DNA of 25,057 nucleotides. It comes from a virus. Its lineage: Duplodnaviria > Caudoviricetes. Where the stretch lies: IMG/VR virus record IMGVR_UViG_3300032312_000722, positions 1 to 25,057 of that record; one strand, written 5' to 3'. This document shows positions 22,681 to 25,057 of this stretch, in pieces. The number at the start of each line of letters is the position of its first letter. Within the stretch, counting starts at the first letter, position 1. The notes beneath the pieces were generated by a model. The model was not told where the DNA came from and did no database searches. It worked only from the letters and a program-made list of their open reading frames with translations. The position numbers and the translations under genes were made by a program.

Positions 22681-25057
22681 TCATTTTTTGGCCTCTTCTG
22701 CTTTTATCTTTTCAAGCCTTCTGCGATTGAGCTCTACCTCAAGCAGAATTTCTTTTTGAGCTTCCGTTATTTTTGATCTGACCTCTGGATCTTCTTTTCG
22801 GATTGGTTGCTCGGGAGCGAACTCGGCAAAGGCTTTTCTGAGGTTTTTGACATATTCCCCGCGATACTGAATGAGCCTCCGAATTCTTTCACCGCCTCCT
22901 CTGGCGTCAAAAACTCGAAGGAACGAATTCCCGGAAGGTTCATCTTTATAACTCTGCCCATAGGATTCAATCTTGCACGGAGTTGGCTTAATGTCAACTT
23001 CGCCCAATCCCTGCTCTTGCGCCCATTTGGACATTGCGCCACCAAGAGAAATTGCTTTCTCCTCTGTAAATCCTTTCGGCTTAAAATCCTTTCCTGCATC
23101 TGCAATAAAAATTGTGTCATATCCGTCAATAGGGAATGCATTCATGCCTTTGATTTGATCGATTTTTGCCAAGGCATTAAGGTTTTCCTGGGTAAATGGA
23201 GTTCTGTCAGACTTGCGAATGTAAATTCCATTGCTTGCCTTTCCTCCCTGCCCATTGATAACAGACATTGCCATGGTCTGTTCTGAGACATATGCCAGAC
23301 CAACCGTAAGCATGTCGGCAACTTCCTTGCTGCCCATCGCCCGAATCATCATTGCCGGAGATGCCTCTCCACCAAAATAACCCTTCCCGGATGTGATGCT
23401 TACTTTCCTTAGAGATCCTCCAATAATTCCAACGAGATCATTTACCGTCTTTTCTATTACAGAAGAAGTAATTGAAGCCTGTTGATCTGGCGTAAGTTTT
23501 CCGAATTCCGGAAACATCTTTGGCAGAACTGCTCCGGAACTGTAGTTAACTTCAGCATAAATGTCTCTTGTGTTCGTCCGGAACGAGCCCTCAGACGTTC
23601 CTTCGTTAAGTCCGTATTGACGCAATATTCTCATCCATCCAACAGCCTGCGCCTGGGCGGGTTTCCAATTGCCTCCCTCCCAATTTTGTTCATTCAGAAA
23701 ATCTGTGAGTTTATTACCCCAAACCGAAATCCCCTCATATTGATTTGCTCCGGGGCTCCCGCGCATGTCAGCAAAAATTGTAGAAGATTTTTCACCGGGT
23801 TGCTGAATTACCACTTTCTCAGGAACCTTCGTTGTTTTCCCATTGGCCGAAACAACCTTGAATTCAGATGCTTTGAGCGAAACTGGCTTGCCATTCATGA
23901 AAAGATTGTTGTCTTCAGAAAGGGAAATTAATCGAGTCAATGTTTGCTGATCGACGTGCCCACTATCGCGTCCAGTGTGAACATCCGCTACAAATGGTTG
24001 CCCTCCTTGGGGATTGTCTCCCATAAACGATCGCGACGATCTGCCAAGCCCAGCATCTGCAAAATCTGTTAACTTAGGCCCATACCCACCCTCGGGAGTT
24101 TTCCCTCGCAGAATTGCTTCTACCTTGTCGTCGGCAAGTCCACCCTTGAGAAGTTTTCCTGTCTTTTCGTTAACGCTAATGATGCCAGCGATCCTGTCCA
24201 TCGCCCTAAACATAATTCCAAGAGCTTGTCCTGGGGAGGCGTTTTGCTGACCAGCAAGCCACGCGACCATGTATCTTCCTGGGTCTTCATCAAACTTCCC
24301 TCTAAATTCCTGTGGCAAGTTGTCGTACCATTGGCGGAATTTGCCGATTTCGTCGGAAGTCAACCATGCGTTTGTTTCTCGTTGCCAGGCAGAAAATGGT
24401 TTACCACCATCTTCAGCGCTAGATCCAATTACAATTGGCTTTCCATCTCTGGTCGTAAATTCAGTAAGTTTATTCTTTGCCACACCAGTGCCTTCTCGCC
24501 TTGCAAGCCGAAGTTTAAGGTTTTTCTCTGGATCGCCAGCTGCCTTACGAAGCGTTGCGGTAAACTCTTCATCAGTTAAAGGAGTCTTTGCTGGAGCCTT
24601 CGCCGGGGCAAATCTCTCTCCCGGCGCCAAGTTCGCGGCCTGCTTCTGGTAATCGAAAAAGAATCCTGTGCGCCCGGTATCGCGAGAGTTGGCGATACGG
24701 TCTAGGCGATAAGATTTGACCAGGCTCCCCGGGGGTCGCCCTTCGGTGGCGTACATTGGATTAGCATCTTTGTTGGCAATGTTTGTGATGCCGAATAGGT
24801 AGTTGATTGCGTTGCGCTTGTCGATGCCGATCCCTGTCTCCCCCGGCCTTTCGTTGGCATGGTTATCCAGGTACTGCATGACGTCCTTCTCGTATGAGGC
24901 CAAGTCTCCGCCCCACACCTCGTTGATCCGGCCCTTGCCACTCCTGGCAAAATCCAGCATGCGACCGCGCAGTGCAGATATGTCCACTGCCTGGGCCAGA
25001 ATGTTCCCGGCCTTGGACAGGCGCCAACCCAGGAACGCGATCTCGGATTGTCCAACC
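22681..25057 (-). CDS. C-terminal part of a very large virion/ejection-type protein, truncated at the right edge
   Basis: The frame stays open beyond the track's start at 24987 (…VGQSEIAFLGWRLSKAGNILAQAVDIS), giving more than 790 aa; multidomain appearance. Confidence 0.8.
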   Translation of the reverse strand, partial: VGQSEIAFLGWRLSKAGNILAQAVDISALRGRMLDFARSGKGRINEVWGGDLASYEKDVMQYLDNHANERPGETGIGIDKRNAINYLFGITNIANKDANPMYATEGRPPGSLVKSYRLDRIANSRDTGRTGFFFDYQKQAANLAPGERFAPAKAPAKTPLTDEEFTATLRKAAGDPEKNLKLRLARREGTGVAKNKLTEFTTRDGKPIVIGSSAEDGGKPFSAWQRETNAWLTSDEIGKFRQWYDNLPQEFRGKFDEDPGRYMVAWLAGQQNASPGQALGIMFRAMDRIAGIISVNEKTGKLLKGGLADDKVEAILRGKTPEGGYGPKLTDFADAGLGRSSRSFMGDNPQGGQPFVADVHTGRDSGHVDQQTLTRLISLSEDNNLFMNGKPVSLKASEFKVVSANGKTTKVPEKVVIQQPGEKSSTIFADMRGSPGANQYEGISVWGNKLTDFLNEQNWEGGNWKPAQAQAVGWMRILRQYGLNEGTSEGSFRTNTRDIYAEVNYSSGAVLPKMFPEFGKLTPDQQASITSSVIEKTVNDLVGIIGGSLRKVSITSGKGYFGGEASPAMMIRAMGSKEVADMLTVGLAYVSEQTMAMSVINGQGGKASNGIYIRKSDRTPFTQENLNALAKIDQIKGMNAFPIDGYDTIFIADAGKDFKPKGFTEEKAISLGGAMSKWAQEQGLGEVDIKPTPCKIESYGQSYKDEPSGNSFLRVFDARGGGERIRRLIQYRGEYVKNLRKAFAEFAPEQPIRKEDPEVRSKITEAQKEILLEVELNRRRLEKIKAEEAKK

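Noticed and set aside
22436-22684. 82 aa minus-strand ORF with an ATGA overlap on the giant gene
   Set aside because: It is the antisense of the secreted repeat gene and has no recognisable features, though translation by coupling cannot be excluded.
1-25057. Stop-codon reassignment
   Set aside because: Core genes (capsid, portal, TerL, helicase) are uninterrupted under the standard code, and TAA, TAG and TGA all occur as gene ends.

Overview
A 25 kb stretch of a tailed dsDNA phage genome with podovirus-like head genes. Spanins imply a Gram-negative host. Nearly all genes are on the minus strand and tightly coupled by ATGA/GTGA/TAATG overlaps. In transcription order (right to left): a truncated giant virion-type protein, a lone plus-strand secreted beta-repeat protein, GH108 lysozyme, PD-(D/E)XK endonuclease, Holliday junction resolvase, SSB-like protein, exonuclease, small basic proteins, a GT8/GT9/2OG-Fe(II) oxygenase cluster, a DnaB-N/RepA-like helicase, a separately promoted accessory operon containing a Mom-like DNA-modification enzyme, an origin-like intergenic region, TerS/TerL, holin and spanins, portal, FkbM methyltransferase, scaffold, N4-gp56-type major capsid and small downstream genes. 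The most striking observation is a complete 76-nt tRNA-Gly(UCC)-like cloverleaf (10341-10416, minus strand) lying in frame inside the 5' coding region of the Mom-like gene. It keeps the glycyl-tRNA synthetase identity elements and an encoded CCA, but lacks the D-loop GG and T-loop TTC. This suggests a dedicated non-ribosomal glycyl donor or an autoregulatory tRNA mimic for DNA hypermodification. All family assignments come from motif recognition by eye, not from database searches.
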